64,000 nucleotides of DNA from a virus (taxonomy: Duplodnaviria > Caudoviricetes), in IMG/VR virus record IMGVR_UViG_3300042139_000023; one strand, 5' to 3'. Under the pieces are notes generated by a model. It had not been told where the DNA came from. It did not search any database and saw only the letters and a program-made list of their open reading frames with translations. Within the stretch, counting starts at the first letter, position 1; each line of letters opens with the position of its first letter. A program made the translations under genes and the position numbers. This document shows, one piece after another, positions 44,796-54,363 of this stretch.

Positions 44796-45131
44796 ATGGC
44801 CAAGCTGATCGAAATCCCCAACGTCACCTGCGGGAACGGCCTGCACATGCAGGCGCCCGTCCCGGAGCCGGTGTTCCACTTCACGCAGAACGACGGCTTC
44901 CACGGGATCATCTACCTGGACGCCGTGAAGGCGTGGGCGCGGGCCATGCGGGAGGACGGGGTGCCCCTGCGGGAGATGGCCCACGACCTCTACGTCCTGC
45001 TGCCGGGCAGCCGGGAGCTGATCCGCTGCACGCTGGTCGTGGCGGACGGCGAGGACGGGCCGGAGATGGAGGTCGAGGCCCTGCGCCCGACGGTCCTGGA
45101 GTCCAACACCCTGTTCACCTGCCCCATCTGA
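44796..45131 (+). CDS. Hypothetical protein
   Basis: Co-oriented ORF. Confidence 0.75.
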   Translation: MAKLIEIPNVTCGNGLHMQAPVPEPVFHFTQNDGFHGIIYLDAVKAWARAMREDGVPLREMAHDLYVLLPGSRELIRCTLVVADGEDGPEMEVEALRPTVLESNTLFTCPI

Positions 45132-45206
45132 GCCGGTCGACTTCCGGGGAGCACGGGCTGCGGCCCGTGCCCCTCGGTGGACCATCGGAACGGAGAGTGA
45201 GAAGAG

Positions 45207-45524
45207 ATGCGGTATCGAGTGTGGACCTTCCAGGACGGCCAGCCGCCGTCCCTTCCCCGCCAGGAGGGCGGCCGACCGGCGTTTCCGGGCAGCTACCCGA
45301 ATGCGCAAGGGACGGCTGGCCGGGCTTCGCAGTCCGAGGAGGTCGACGGCCTGACGCAGGCGGTCGACCGGATCATGAGTCTGATGCGCAGCAACAGCCT
45401 GAACGACGAGGCCGAGGAGACGATCGTCCGGGGCCGGGCCACCGAGGCTCTGCGGGACCGGGGTGCCTATCGTACGGCGCTTCCGGCGCGGGGCCGCTGG
45501 GTTCTGGCCGAGAAGATCAAGTAG
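45207..45524 (+). CDS. Hypothetical protein
   Basis: CATCGGAA plus purine-rich RBS. Confidence 0.75.
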   Translation: MRYRVWTFQDGQPPSLPRQEGGRPAFPGSYPNAQGTAGRASQSEEVDGLTQAVDRIMSLMRSNSLNDEAEETIVRGRATEALRDRGAYRTALPARGRWVLAEKIK

Positions 45525-45542
45525 GAGAGGGAGAGGAAGCAC

Positions 45543-46028
45543 ATGCGATACGGGCTGACGGTAAACAAGGGCCGCGTGATGGCGGCCGACCGGGCGGAAA
45601 CGAAGTCGATGATCATCGGCGTGCTGCTGGCCGCCGGGTTCAGCGAGCCGGTCTCCGTGCAGGCGAAGGCTGACGAGGTGCTGGACCGGGCCGACAAGCT
45701 GCCCTCGGACGAGGTGCAGGGCGTCAAGCTGAACGCCCTGGGTGAGCTGCTGGTCTGGCGGGAGCGGGGCCGTGAGGTCCCGGGCCGGGCCTATCACGTG
45801 AAGACCGGGGACCTCGGGCCGTCCTTCCGGGCCACCAGTGAGGCACCCCTGGTGGCCTACCTGATGGGCATCCTGGTCGGCAGCGAGGGCATCGGCCTGG
45901 AGCGGGCGGGAGCGCTCGCCGAGGGTGTGGCGCACTGCCTCTCGGAGGGCGGCAGCTACCCGGACCGGATCATCACGGAGCTGAAGGACGGCTCCGACCT
46001 GCTCGCCTGGTGGGAGGACGAAGCGTGA
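45543..46028 (+). CDS. Hypothetical protein
   Basis: RBS GGAGAGGGAGAGG. Confidence 0.8.
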   Translation: MRYGLTVNKGRVMAADRAETKSMIIGVLLAAGFSEPVSVQAKADEVLDRADKLPSDEVQGVKLNALGELLVWRERGREVPGRAYHVKTGDLGPSFRATSEAPLVAYLMGILVGSEGIGLERAGALAEGVAHCLSEGGSYPDRIITELKDGSDLLAWWEDEA

Positions 46029-46384
46029 CGCACAACTGGAGCTGGACCCTTCGGGTCAAGCAGGGCGACCCGGGATACCGGGTGCACAGCATCGAGGCCC
46101 TGATGGCGGCCGTGGCTGGTGCCCTGATGGCGGAGGGCACCGACTCCCGGATGGCCGACACGTTCGCGCGGTCGGTCCGGGAGCGGGCGCTGGAGCAGTG
46201 CGAGCGGCGCCGCATGAACCACTCGACGCCGCCTCTGGAGTACCAGCAGATCCTCACCGTCACGAAGGTGCTCCACATCGTCTCGGACGACCTCCCGGAG
46301 GATCCGGACCGGTACTGCGAGGGCCGGACCGAGTCCGGCAGCCGCTGCCCGAAGCACCTCAACCACCTCGGGGAGTGTCGGTGA
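46025..46384 (+). CDS. Hypothetical protein with C-terminal Cys/His finger
   Basis: YCEGR...RCPKHLNHLGEC. Confidence 0.75.
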   Translation: MTHNWSWTLRVKQGDPGYRVHSIEALMAAVAGALMAEGTDSRMADTFARSVRERALEQCERRRMNHSTPPLEYQQILTVTKVLHIVSDDLPEDPDRYCEGRTESGSRCPKHLNHLGECR

Positions 46385-46423
46385 GCCGATCCGGCCGCAC
46401 CTGGCCGGATACTGGGGGCCCGC

Positions 46424-46462
46424 TTGACGGCGGGCCCCTTCGCTGTACGATGGCCTAGGTCA
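46424..46462 (+). promoter_or_regulatory. Sigma70-type promoter TTGACG-N16-TACGAT abutting GGCCTAGGTCA (copy 6)
   Basis: -35 at 46424-46429, -10 at 46446-46451, palindrome at 46452-46462. Confidence 0.6.
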
Positions 46463-46477
46463 AGGAAAGGGAGAAGC

Positions 46478-46954
46478 GTGAAGGCCAGTGAATTCCCGGA
46501 TGCGCTCCGGGAGTTGAAGATCGAAGGCGCCACCGTGGGACCCGTGGTGAACAAGGACGGCGAGCCTGCCCCGGCAGGGTCCGGTGTGCAGCACGGCTTC
46601 CTGGTGACGGGCCAGCACGGCGCCCGCATCGCCTTCCAGGTGGCCACCCAGGAGGACGGCCTGCTGGCAGGTACGGGACCTTCGGTCGCCTACCCGTCCG
46701 CTGTCCCCATCGCTCCGGACCGGCTCGTCTGCGCCGAAGTCGAAGCGTCCATCGCCCACTGGATCGGCAAGAACCTGGGCGAACACATCAGCGAGATGGT
46801 CAGGTACAGCGAGACCCGGGACAAGGGCATCCGTTACGGCCTGCGCATCGACCTGTACAGCGGGGGCCGGGTATTCATCCAGGCCCTGTGGATCCTGGAG
46901 CCCGGAGAAGAGCCGAACCGGGACAACAAGTACCGCATGCGCGAAGCGGTCTGA
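46478..46954 (+). CDS. Hypothetical protein
   Basis: RBS GAAAGGGAGAAG; weak internal duplication (HGFLV..GARIAFQV / YGLRI..GGRVFIQA). Confidence 0.8.
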   Translation: MKASEFPDALRELKIEGATVGPVVNKDGEPAPAGSGVQHGFLVTGQHGARIAFQVATQEDGLLAGTGPSVAYPSAVPIAPDRLVCAEVEASIAHWIGKNLGEHISEMVRYSETRDKGIRYGLRIDLYSGGRVFIQALWILEPGEEPNRDNKYRMREAV

Positions 46955-46969
46955 AGAAGGAGAAGACGG

Positions 46970-47347
46970 GTGGCACGAGACGTCACGGTCCACATCGGGA
47001 CCAGCGAGAACGGCGCCGGAGTGAAGCGACCGGCAGCCTGGGTGGAAACGGCCCTGCTGCTGGAGCCCGAGCCCCACGACCTGATGAACGGGGTCGGGAG
47101 CCGGTTCCTGCGGCACGAGATCAGCGAGGACGACGAGCTGGTGGGCGACCGCCCGAAGGATCTGCCGGAGTCCATGACGCAGCGGGAGATCCTGAAGACC
47201 TACCGGGACGAGCTGCGCCACTACGGCGAAGAGGTCATGGGCATGTGGGGCAACGAGATGGGGACCGCCCGCCGTGCCGCCTGCGAGAAGTGGATCTACG
47301 AGGTCGTCCTGGCCGCCTTCCCCGCGATGAAGGGGTACGAGCTGTGA
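46970..47347 (+). CDS. Hypothetical protein
   Basis: RBS GAAGGAGAAG. Confidence 0.8.
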   Translation: MARDVTVHIGTSENGAGVKRPAAWVETALLLEPEPHDLMNGVGSRFLRHEISEDDELVGDRPKDLPESMTQREILKTYRDELRHYGEEVMGMWGNEMGTARRAACEKWIYEVVLAAFPAMKGYEL

Positions 47348-47703
47348 GCGCCCCGTCCGCAGCGGCCGTGAGCCGCTTTCTGGGAGAGCGGTTCAACCGG
47401 TCCGAGCGCACCCACCGGGGACCGACTGGGATCACTGCCGGGTTCACGGTCAAGCGCGGGCTCGGTCACGGCCTGCGTGAAGTGGACTGGGTGGTCGTCG
47501 AGTTCGAGCCCGGCTACCACACGGTGGCCCGGTATGGCTTCGGGCGGGACGCCGAGGCCCTGCTGAAGTACACGCAGCGGGTGCTCGGCGACTACGAGCG
47601 GAACCTGAAGACCAGGTACAACGTCGCCCGCAACGACGAGGACGGCGAGGACCAGTGGAACTGCCTGCTGGTGCGGACGAAGACGGAACAGGAGAAGGGC
47701 TGA
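47344..47703 (+). CDS. Hypothetical protein
   Basis: GTGA coupling. Confidence 0.75.
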   Translation: MSAPSAAAVSRFLGERFNRSERTHRGPTGITAGFTVKRGLGHGLREVDWVVVEFEPGYHTVARYGFGRDAEALLKYTQRVLGDYERNLKTRYNVARNDEDGEDQWNCLLVRTKTEQEKG

Positions 47704-48011
47704 TGACACAGACCCACATCGGCCGACTGGCCACCGAGTTGAAGCAGGCCGCCGCCACGCTGGAGCAGTTCGAGGACTTCCGCTCCCCCGTCAACCAGGA
47801 GGTCATCTCGGCCGTCTGGTGGGCCGCCAACAACTACTCGGACCGGATCGTCCGGGTCGCGGTCCGCGAGGAGCACGGCACCTTCTACCGGGGCCGGATC
47901 ACCGAGGTCGGCACCAAGGGAGGCTGGGAGGTGCTGGCCGACGACGGCGAGCTGGTCCCCAACGTGACGGCCGACATGTTCGTCTCCGTCATGCTGGTGC
48001 AGCAGCCGTGA
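47703..48011 (+). CDS. Hypothetical protein with SH3-like C-terminus
   Basis: TGATG coupling. Confidence 0.75.
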   Translation: MTQTHIGRLATELKQAAATLEQFEDFRSPVNQEVISAVWWAANNYSDRIVRVAVREEHGTFYRGRITEVGTKGGWEVLADDGELVPNVTADMFVSVMLVQQP

Positions 48012-48150
48012 ACGACGAGAGGATGCCCGAAAGGGATCCCACCGACCGCAGCAAACCGCCGAGGAGGCGCGTGATGGGCAACAGCGACGAAACCAAGCAC
48101 ACCCGCCCGCTGGAGAAGCGCAAGGACGGATCCAAGCCGCACCCGCAGTC

Positions 48151-48378
48151 GTGAACTCCGCCGACAAGGCGAAGGAGTTCGATGCGCTGTGGCGAGGATC
48201 CATCGCCCGAGCTGGGCGAAGACCGGACTGGAACGACCTGAGCCTGATCGAGCAGCAGGCGATGTCGTCGACCTTCCGGGCGGAGATGGACCGGTACGGG
48301 GACGAAGATCCCACCGCCGCGAACCGGACGGGGACCGGGCTGTACGCCTCGCCGACGAGTTCGAGGCATCCTGGCTGA
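48151..48378 (+). CDS. Hypothetical protein
   Basis: Co-oriented ORF. Confidence 0.55.
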   Translation: MNSADKAKEFDALWRGSIARAGRRPDWNDLSLIEQQAMSSTFRAEMDRYGDEDPTAANRTGTGLYASPTSSRHPG

Positions 48379-48489
48379 CCTCCTGGCTGAACGCCGGGAG
48401 CCGCACGACCACCACTTCGGGCCGCCTGGCGGCCCGCTGGGGTGATGACTATCGCAACGCACGAGACCGGGAACAAGGAGAAGATCACG

Positions 48490-49032
48490 ATGGGTGCACG
48501 CATCATCACTCCGCTCAAGGGAGTGCGGAAGACCTCGGCGTGGCCGTACACGGAGATGCCGGAGAGCAAGAAGCCGCGCGTCCGTAAGGACGGCTGGGTC
48601 CTGGCGATGTCGATCGAGCCCGAGCTGAGCGGTCTGGTCACCTTCTACCCGGCCGGGACCGACTTCCCGGTCCCGATGGAGGACCGCACCAGCAAGCGCC
48701 AGATCCTGCACATCGACAACGGCTCGATCTGGGGCAAGAAGATCACCACCCGCCCCTTCTACCAGGTCGACACCAAGGAGCAGTGCGAGCGGTTCGCAAC
48801 CACGTTCTGCTCGCTCGGCTACACCACGAACGAGAAGCTGCTTCCGCACCAGGGCGGCGCCTTCTGGGGATTCAACTGGTCCTCGCTCACGGTCGCCACG
48901 GTGCACATCGCCTCGCAGGTCGCCGACCACTACTTCAACGACCGGTACGACGAGGCGTGGACCGTCGGCAAGGCGTTCGGCGACCAGATCCACGCCGCCG
49001 AGAACGCTTACTGGGAAGCCCAGGGGAAGTGA
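48490..49032 (+). CDS. Hypothetical protein
   Basis: RBS AAGGAGAAG. Confidence 0.8.
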   Translation: MGARIITPLKGVRKTSAWPYTEMPESKKPRVRKDGWVLAMSIEPELSGLVTFYPAGTDFPVPMEDRTSKRQILHIDNGSIWGKKITTRPFYQVDTKEQCERFATTFCSLGYTTNEKLLPHQGGAFWGFNWSSLTVATVHIASQVADHYFNDRYDEAWTVGKAFGDQIHAAENAYWEAQGK

Positions 49033-49352
49033 GCACCGAACGGAGCGCCGTCACACTGGACGGCGGAACGGTGATCGGCGAGATGGAGCCCTGGGACTCC
49101 GACCCCGCCCTCTTCGGCGGATGGCTGGCCGAAGGCTCGGGGGTCTCCTCGCTCGTGGCCGAAGGGATGGATCACGACCGCACGAAGCTGGAGATCGTCC
49201 GGCTGTTCCTGGTGCGCGAGATCAAGGTTCAGGAAAGGGCCGACCAGTCCAGTTCCGAGGGCGTGGAGCGCAACCGGCTGATCCAGGAGGGCTTCCGCAT
49301 GCAGAAGGCCCTCACGTCCAAGATCCTCCGAGAGCAAGGGGAGGTGGCTTGA
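49029..49352 (+). CDS. Hypothetical protein
   Basis: GTGA coupling. Confidence 0.7.
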   Translation: MSTERSAVTLDGGTVIGEMEPWDSDPALFGGWLAEGSGVSSLVAEGMDHDRTKLEIVRLFLVREIKVQERADQSSSEGVERNRLIQEGFRMQKALTSKILREQGEVA

Positions 49353-49732
49353 TGATGGTCGGCGACCCCGGGACGGTGCAGCTCCCGTCATCGGGGGTGA
49401 ACGTCGGCCGGGTCGAACAGTGGGACGGTGACTCGACCACCTGGGACGGCTGGGCCGACATCCCCGGTGCGGCAACCGAGGAACTGGTCTGCAACGGCGG
49501 CAGCCGCAACTGGTGCATCTACATGGTGGTCAAGCGCTACCAGAAGCACCTGATCGACGAGCTGGCCGGGGCCACGTACTGGAGCGAGAACCCGCAGAAC
49601 GACCGGGACTTCACGGAGAAGGCCCGGATGATCAGCGAGTGCTTCGACGTGATGCGCAACGCGCTGCACGAGCACTACCAGGAGATCCGCAGGGAGCAGG
49701 CTCGGGTTCGCCGGGAACTGCATCGGAGCTGA
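49352..49732 (+). CDS. Hypothetical protein
   Basis: TGATG coupling, GGAGGTG RBS. Confidence 0.75.
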   Translation: MMVGDPGTVQLPSSGVNVGRVEQWDGDSTTWDGWADIPGAATEELVCNGGSRNWCIYMVVKRYQKHLIDELAGATYWSENPQNDRDFTEKARMISECFDVMRNALHEHYQEIRREQARVRRELHRS

Positions 49733-49814
49733 ACGGCTTCGGCTCGGCGGTGCACGGGCTCTGGTCCGTGCACCTGCCGTACTGCCGCCGGGCAGGACAT
49801 CGGAAGGGGAAGAG

Positions 49815-50150
49815 ATGCGAGCGTACTTCGAGACGGCCAGCGGCGAGACGGTTCCGCTGCCGGACCCGATGAGCCCCGAGCAGTCGGCCATCGTGTACCT
49901 CACGGGAGGGACCGGCATCCGCCGGATCGACAACGAGACGATCGACGAGTTCGTGCGCCGGGCCGACCTGTACGACACGTACATCGGCGGGATCGACCTG
50001 CGGGACATCGAGACCGGCAAGAGGGTTCCGATCACCCGGCAGATCATCACCGAGGCGATGGCCGGTCACCCGGCGCTCTGGACGAACGCCGGGCTCGTCA
50101 CGCCCGAGGCGTTCGACCGCATGATCCGCGTCGCCAAGTCGGCGCTGTAG
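49815..50150 (+). CDS. Hypothetical protein, paralog of 41006..41359
   Basis: GIRRIDNETIDEFVRRADL. Confidence 0.8.
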   Translation: MRAYFETASGETVPLPDPMSPEQSAIVYLTGGTGIRRIDNETIDEFVRRADLYDTYIGGIDLRDIETGKRVPITRQIITEAMAGHPALWTNAGLVTPEAFDRMIRVAKSAL

Positions 50151-50169
50151 ACCGGAGAGGAGAAGAACG

Positions 50170-50595
50170 ATGGGTGAGCCCGTGAACAAGGACGGCTGGG
50201 GCCAGGTGACGATCTTGTCACCGGGGGCGTTCGCCGATCCCCGCGAGATGAACGCGGTGATCCGTGAGCTGTTCTGCCACGACAGCGTTCTGGAGTACCA
50301 GCGCAGGGTCGCCGAGGCGGCCATGAGGGAGGCCGTGGCGGGCTGGCGCAGGGCGATGGCCAAGAAGGGCCTGAGTGCCGACAGTGACGCCGGTAAGGCG
50401 ATCCTGGAGGCCGTCAACTCGGTGCTGGACAGCTTCGACCCGGAGAGCGATGAGTGGGATGGCTTCTTCCCGCCGGTCATGCTCTGCACCGAGCACGACA
50501 GCCCCGTCAAGCCGAAGCACGGCAAGGGCATCGTCTTTACGGCCTGCCCCGGCGTCCCGTGGTGCCGGGCGCACGAGGGGGTGCGGGTCCAGTGA
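50170..50595 (+). CDS. Hypothetical protein
   Basis: RBS GAGAGGAGAAG. Confidence 0.75.
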   Translation: MGEPVNKDGWGQVTILSPGAFADPREMNAVIRELFCHDSVLEYQRRVAEAAMREAVAGWRRAMAKKGLSADSDAGKAILEAVNSVLDSFDPESDEWDGFFPPVMLCTEHDSPVKPKHGKGIVFTACPGVPWCRAHEGVRVQ

Positions 50596-50918
50596 GCTAC
50601 GGATGTCGTGGCTGCGACGGAACGTGCTGCACGGGCGTCGGGAGCGACCCCTGCACCTGTCCGCCGCCGCCCGTGCAGGAAGAGCAGCCGCTGTACCCCC
50701 GGCGGGCGCCGGGAGCGCACGGCAAGCACTGCACCTGGCCGGAGTGCGACGGTTCATGCCTGATCACGGTGACCGTCGAATGGCGGGCGCTGGAGTCGTT
50801 CTACGAGGCGGCCCGCTTCGGCCGGGCAATGAACCCCAGCACGGCGGGCGAGCGGACCGGGCTGGAGCTGATGCAGCAGATCATCGAGCAGGGCAAGAAG
50901 GGTGTGGGACGTGGCTGA
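50592..50918 (+). CDS. Cys-rich small protein
   Basis: GCRGCDGTCC...CTC...HCTWPEC...C. Confidence 0.65.
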   Translation: MSYGCRGCDGTCCTGVGSDPCTCPPPPVQEEQPLYPRRAPGAHGKHCTWPECDGSCLITVTVEWRALESFYEAARFGRAMNPSTAGERTGLELMQQIIEQGKKGVGRG

Positions 50919-51011
50919 GGTGATCCGGGCGTTCGCCGGGGTCGTGGCACTGATCGCCATGAAGAAGACCGAGATCGACCGCCGGAAGGCGGCCGGAAAG
51001 GGGAAGCGAGC

Positions 51012-51308
51012 ATGACCACCCAGAGCGAGAAGCTGGACATGCGGAAGATCCACCTGCTGGCGGCGGCCAAGGAACTGGCCGACCTGCTCTACAAGTGGAA
51101 CGTCATCGACGAGTACGACCTGGTCATCCAGGACGGCCGCAACGGCGGCACCCCGTACCACCACGTGAACGAGGCGCTGGTGGCAGTGCTGAAGAAGCTC
51201 GGCACGGAGAACAAGGACGGCTTCTACGAGGGCCTGACCTCGGGCATGGACCCGCAGGAGGCGCTGGACAACGCCATCGCCTACGAGCACCGCTACGACG
51301 AGATCTGA
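51012..51308 (+). CDS. Hypothetical protein
   Basis: RBS GAAAGGGGAAG. Confidence 0.8.
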   Translation: MTTQSEKLDMRKIHLLAAAKELADLLYKWNVIDEYDLVIQDGRNGGTPYHHVNEALVAVLKKLGTENKDGFYEGLTSGMDPQEALDNAIAYEHRYDEI

Positions 51309-51338
51309 CCGGAAGACGCGGAGAGGGAGAAGAAGAGC

Positions 51339-52169
51339 ATGGGCGAGATCAGCAAGTACGAGGGCAGCGGTTCCGGTGCGGAGCTGAGCAAGCGGGACGG
51401 CCTGCCGGACCAGACGTTCTCCGGGAAGGGGAAGCACTCCGGCCCGGTCCTGCTGGACATCGAGGGCGACTCGATCAACGGCACCGTGACGGTGGGAGAC
51501 GTCGACTTCGCTTCGGTCCGGGTCTTCACCCGCTCCACGGTGCAGTCGGTGATCGACGCCGTCCGCAGGACGGAGATCCACCTGTCCGGCAGCACCCTGA
51601 CGGTGAAGGTGCCGAAGTTCCAGGTCCCCCCGACGGTGATCCAGGGTGGCGGCAGCCGGATGGTCTTCTCCGGGAACGTCTCCTTCGTGTCGGTCGGCAG
51701 GGGAACCACGGTGATCGGCGGCTCCAGCTCCGGCGAGGACGTGGTCCGGGTCGAGGTCACGCTGCCCCGGAACTCGGGCGTCCGGGCCGACCTGGGATCC
51801 GGCCTGCTCGATGTACACGGCGACCTCGTCGGGATCGACGGCGACCTCTCTTCCGGATCGATCGCGGTTCACGGTTCGGTCGGCAAGGCCCGCGCCGAAC
51901 TCTCCTCCGGCTCGTTCCAGATCGGTCGGGTGACCGAGGGGATCGAGGCCACCGCGTCCTCCGGCAGCCTGAACGTCGGCGAGTACACCGGATCCCACGC
52001 CAAGCTGCGGATCTCCTCCGGCAGCATGAACCTGAACGTCGGCCGGGCCGCCAGTGGAACCATCGACGTCCGGGTGTCCTCCGGATCGGCCAACATCGGC
52101 GGGACGCGCGGGCGCAGCGACCTGGACATCAGGACGAAGAAGTCCTCCGGCAGCATCAACCTCTACTGA
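51339..52169 (+). CDS. DUF4097-like beta-solenoid repeat protein
   Basis: Periodic SSGS repeats (ADLGSG, DLSSGS, ELSSGS, TASSGS, RISSGS, RVSSGS, KKSSGS). Confidence 0.8.
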   Translation: MGEISKYEGSGSGAELSKRDGLPDQTFSGKGKHSGPVLLDIEGDSINGTVTVGDVDFASVRVFTRSTVQSVIDAVRRTEIHLSGSTLTVKVPKFQVPPTVIQGGGSRMVFSGNVSFVSVGRGTTVIGGSSSGEDVVRVEVTLPRNSGVRADLGSGLLDVHGDLVGIDGDLSSGSIAVHGSVGKARAELSSGSFQIGRVTEGIEATASSGSLNVGEYTGSHAKLRISSGSMNLNVGRAASGTIDVRVSSGSANIGGTRGRSDLDIRTKKSSGSINLY

Positions 52170-52170
52170 C

Positions 52171-52653
52171 ATGCTGGACGCCGAACTCGTCCACGAGACA
52201 GGGCATTTCAGCTACGCTGATGCCGAGCACCTGGCGGACCTGTGGAACCGGGCCTACCCGGTGATGCGACAGATCGCCACGCTCTACATCGAAGGCATGC
52301 GGGCCTACATCGAGCGGGAGGGCTGGGTCATCGATCCGGCCCACCGGCACGCCGAAGTACTCCAGGCGTACACCACCCCGGAGAAGAAGGCCCGCCGCAA
52401 GCTGAAGCTGGCGGAGGAGCTGCGCCGGGACCTCGGCCAGCTCGACCGTGGGACGCACAAGCTGTGCACCCGCAGCCCCGGCGGCTTCACGGTGACGGGC
52501 GCCTACATGGCGGTCCGGAACCTGCTCAACATCAGCTCCCTCAGCAGTGAGGGACTGGCCTCGGTCTTCCGGCTGGCCGCCGAGCTGGCCGAGGCCGAGG
52601 AACGAGTCAACGAGGCCCGCAAGAAGTGGCACCAGGAACAGGAGAAGAAGTGA
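52171..52653 (+). CDS. Hypothetical helical protein
   Basis: Co-oriented ORF. Confidence 0.75.
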   Translation: MLDAELVHETGHFSYADAEHLADLWNRAYPVMRQIATLYIEGMRAYIEREGWVIDPAHRHAEVLQAYTTPEKKARRKLKLAEELRRDLGQLDRGTHKLCTRSPGGFTVTGAYMAVRNLLNISSLSSEGLASVFRLAAELAEAEERVNEARKKWHQEQEKK

Positions 52654-52892
52654 ACGCAGAGACCGAAGTCCCCGTCGCCGAGAACATCGCCGTGGGGCTG
52701 GCGATCGTCTTCCAGGGCCTCCCGCAGAGCACCATCACGTGGACGTCCGAGCTGATGGTGCGCACCTGGCACGAGGCGCCGGACCGCTCCGACGACCGGC
52801 TCTTCGAGGAGCTGGACAAAGAGGTCCGGGCGGGCAACGAGGACGCCATCCGCATGGTCGTCGCCGCCGCCAGGCGCGGCCTCAAGGTCTGA
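52650..52892 (+). CDS. Hypothetical protein
   Basis: GTGA coupling. Confidence 0.75.
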   Translation: MNAETEVPVAENIAVGLAIVFQGLPQSTITWTSELMVRTWHEAPDRSDDRLFEELDKEVRAGNEDAIRMVVAAARRGLKV

Positions 52893-52936
52893 TCTACCAC
52901 ACCACGAGAACACCGGAAACAGGAGAAGAACTCATC

Positions 52937-53158
52937 ATGGAACTGCCCAACCGCGCCGCCGTGCGCAGCCAGATCAGCTCGAAGTTCCCGGGCCTGCCCA
53001 ACGACACCCTGGACTGGGTGGCGGGCATGCTCTCGGACAAGATCGAGGCCGACTGGGAGACCGCTGACGCCGAGTTCCACCGCGAGATGGAGCGCGCGAT
53101 CCGGGCCGGTGAGGAGCACGCGATCCTCGTGGCCCTCGCCGCGCTGAAGGCCGTCTGA
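52937..53158 (+). CDS. Hypothetical protein
   Basis: RBS AGGAGAAG. Confidence 0.75.
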   Translation: MELPNRAAVRSQISSKFPGLPNDTLDWVAGMLSDKIEADWETADAEFHREMERAIRAGEEHAILVALAALKAV

Positions 53159-53173
53159 CCCACGGGTCACAGT

Positions 53174-53205
53174 GAAGGGGCTCCGGTTGCGACCGGAGCC
53201 CCTTC
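53174..53205 (+). terminator. 14-bp perfect hairpin with TGCG loop, probable terminator
   Basis: GAAGGGGCTCCGGT-tgcg-ACCGGAGCCCCTTC. Confidence 0.65.
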
Positions 53206-53218
53206 TGCGTATCGTCTT

Positions 53219-53229
53219 TGACCTAGGCC
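53219..53229. promoter_or_regulatory. TGACCTAGGCC palindrome, reverse orientation (copy 7)
   Basis: Intergenic. Confidence 0.6.
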
Positions 53230-53249
53230 ATTCGGAGAGGGAGAGAGAC

Positions 53250-53564
53250 ATGAGGGAAGCGCCGCAGCACAAGGAGCACTCGGCCAGGATCGTGATGAAG
53301 GAGAACCTGGAGTCCTTCGTCACGGGAGTCATGGGCAAGGACTTCCGCCTCAAGACGGGTGACGGAGACCAGGAGCTGGGGGCGCGGATCGCCTTCGACT
53401 TCCGTCTGTGCACGCCGGACATCGGTGGCGCCATGGAGATCTCCGACTGGCTGGAGAGCGACGGACCGCAGCCCAGCAACGAGACGGTCCTGAACAACCT
53501 GGTCGTCACCGGCCGCATGGAAGGCGGCATCTACGTCGTCATAGCCCCGGCGAGCGAGTGGTGA
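53250..53564 (+). CDS. Hypothetical protein
   Basis: RBS GAGAGGGAGAG. Confidence 0.75.
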   Translation: MREAPQHKEHSARIVMKENLESFVTGVMGKDFRLKTGDGDQELGARIAFDFRLCTPDIGGAMEISDWLESDGPQPSNETVLNNLVVTGRMEGGIYVVIAPASEW

Positions 53565-53845
53565 GCGAGGACGAATTCGAGGCCCTGGCCGACGAGTTAC
53601 GGGCCTCCTGGAACGAGGACCGAGTTCGCTGGGACGGCATCCGCGAGGAACTGACGGAGAAGCTGCTCTGCCTGCGCTGGGACGGCGATCACCGCCTCCT
53701 CCTGGAGCAGCACACCAGCAAGCAGGCGGCGCTGATCGCCACCACGTACGGCCGCAGGCAGGACGACCGGATCCGGTACGCCGTGATCCTGGAGCGCAGC
53801 CTGGGGTCGGGCCGCATGGAGACGAAGAGGATGGAGCCCTCGTGA
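53561..53845 (+). CDS. Hypothetical protein
   Basis: GTGA coupling. Confidence 0.7.
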   Translation: MSEDEFEALADELRASWNEDRVRWDGIREELTEKLLCLRWDGDHRLLLEQHTSKQAALIATTYGRRQDDRIRYAVILERSLGSGRMETKRMEPS

Positions 53846-54162
53846 ACCACCCCGACAACGCGGCGATCGACGTACCGGCACAGGACGGGACGCTGCTGCA
53901 CATCACCCTTCACCGGGAGTCCGACACCGGACGATTCACGTACTCCAGCCTGGTCGACGTGCAGCGGCACACGCCGCACGGCCTGCGGCCAGTCGCCTCG
54001 TACCGGATGGGCCCGATGGTGAGGGCGCCCCGGAACAAGGGCTTCGGTCTTCACGCCGAGGACCCGGGCCTGACGATCGAGGGTCACTGGATGATCGTGA
54101 TCGGCGACTGGATGGAGATGCTGAGCGAGGCCAGCGTCGACACATGGAAGGTGGATGCCTGA
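53842..54162 (+). CDS. Hypothetical protein
   Basis: GTGA coupling. Confidence 0.75.
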   Translation: MNHPDNAAIDVPAQDGTLLHITLHRESDTGRFTYSSLVDVQRHTPHGLRPVASYRMGPMVRAPRNKGFGLHAEDPGLTIEGHWMIVIGDWMEMLSEASVDTWKVDA

Positions 54163-54362
54163 TGGCGGAAGTTCGGATTGAGTTCGAGGACGGCGAGGCA
54201 TACGAGACCGGCGGCCCCCCGGAGCACCTGGGGACCGCCTTCGGGTACGGCAGCCTGGAGGGGTACCGGTTCGGTGAAGACGGCATGATCGTGCTGGACT
54301 TCGGCGCCGGGAGGCTCCGGAAGATCCCGGCCCGGCGTCTCCTGCGCATCACGGAGAAGTGA
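54162..54362 (+). CDS. Hypothetical protein
   Basis: TGATG coupling. Confidence 0.7.
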   Translation: MAEVRIEFEDGEAYETGGPPEHLGTAFGYGSLEGYRFGEDGMIVLDFGAGRLRKIPARRLLRITEK

Positions 54363-54363
54363 C

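Noticed and set aside
52171-52653. HETGH as a metalloprotease motif
   Set aside because: It lies at residues 8-12 with no preceding zincin scaffold; likely chance.
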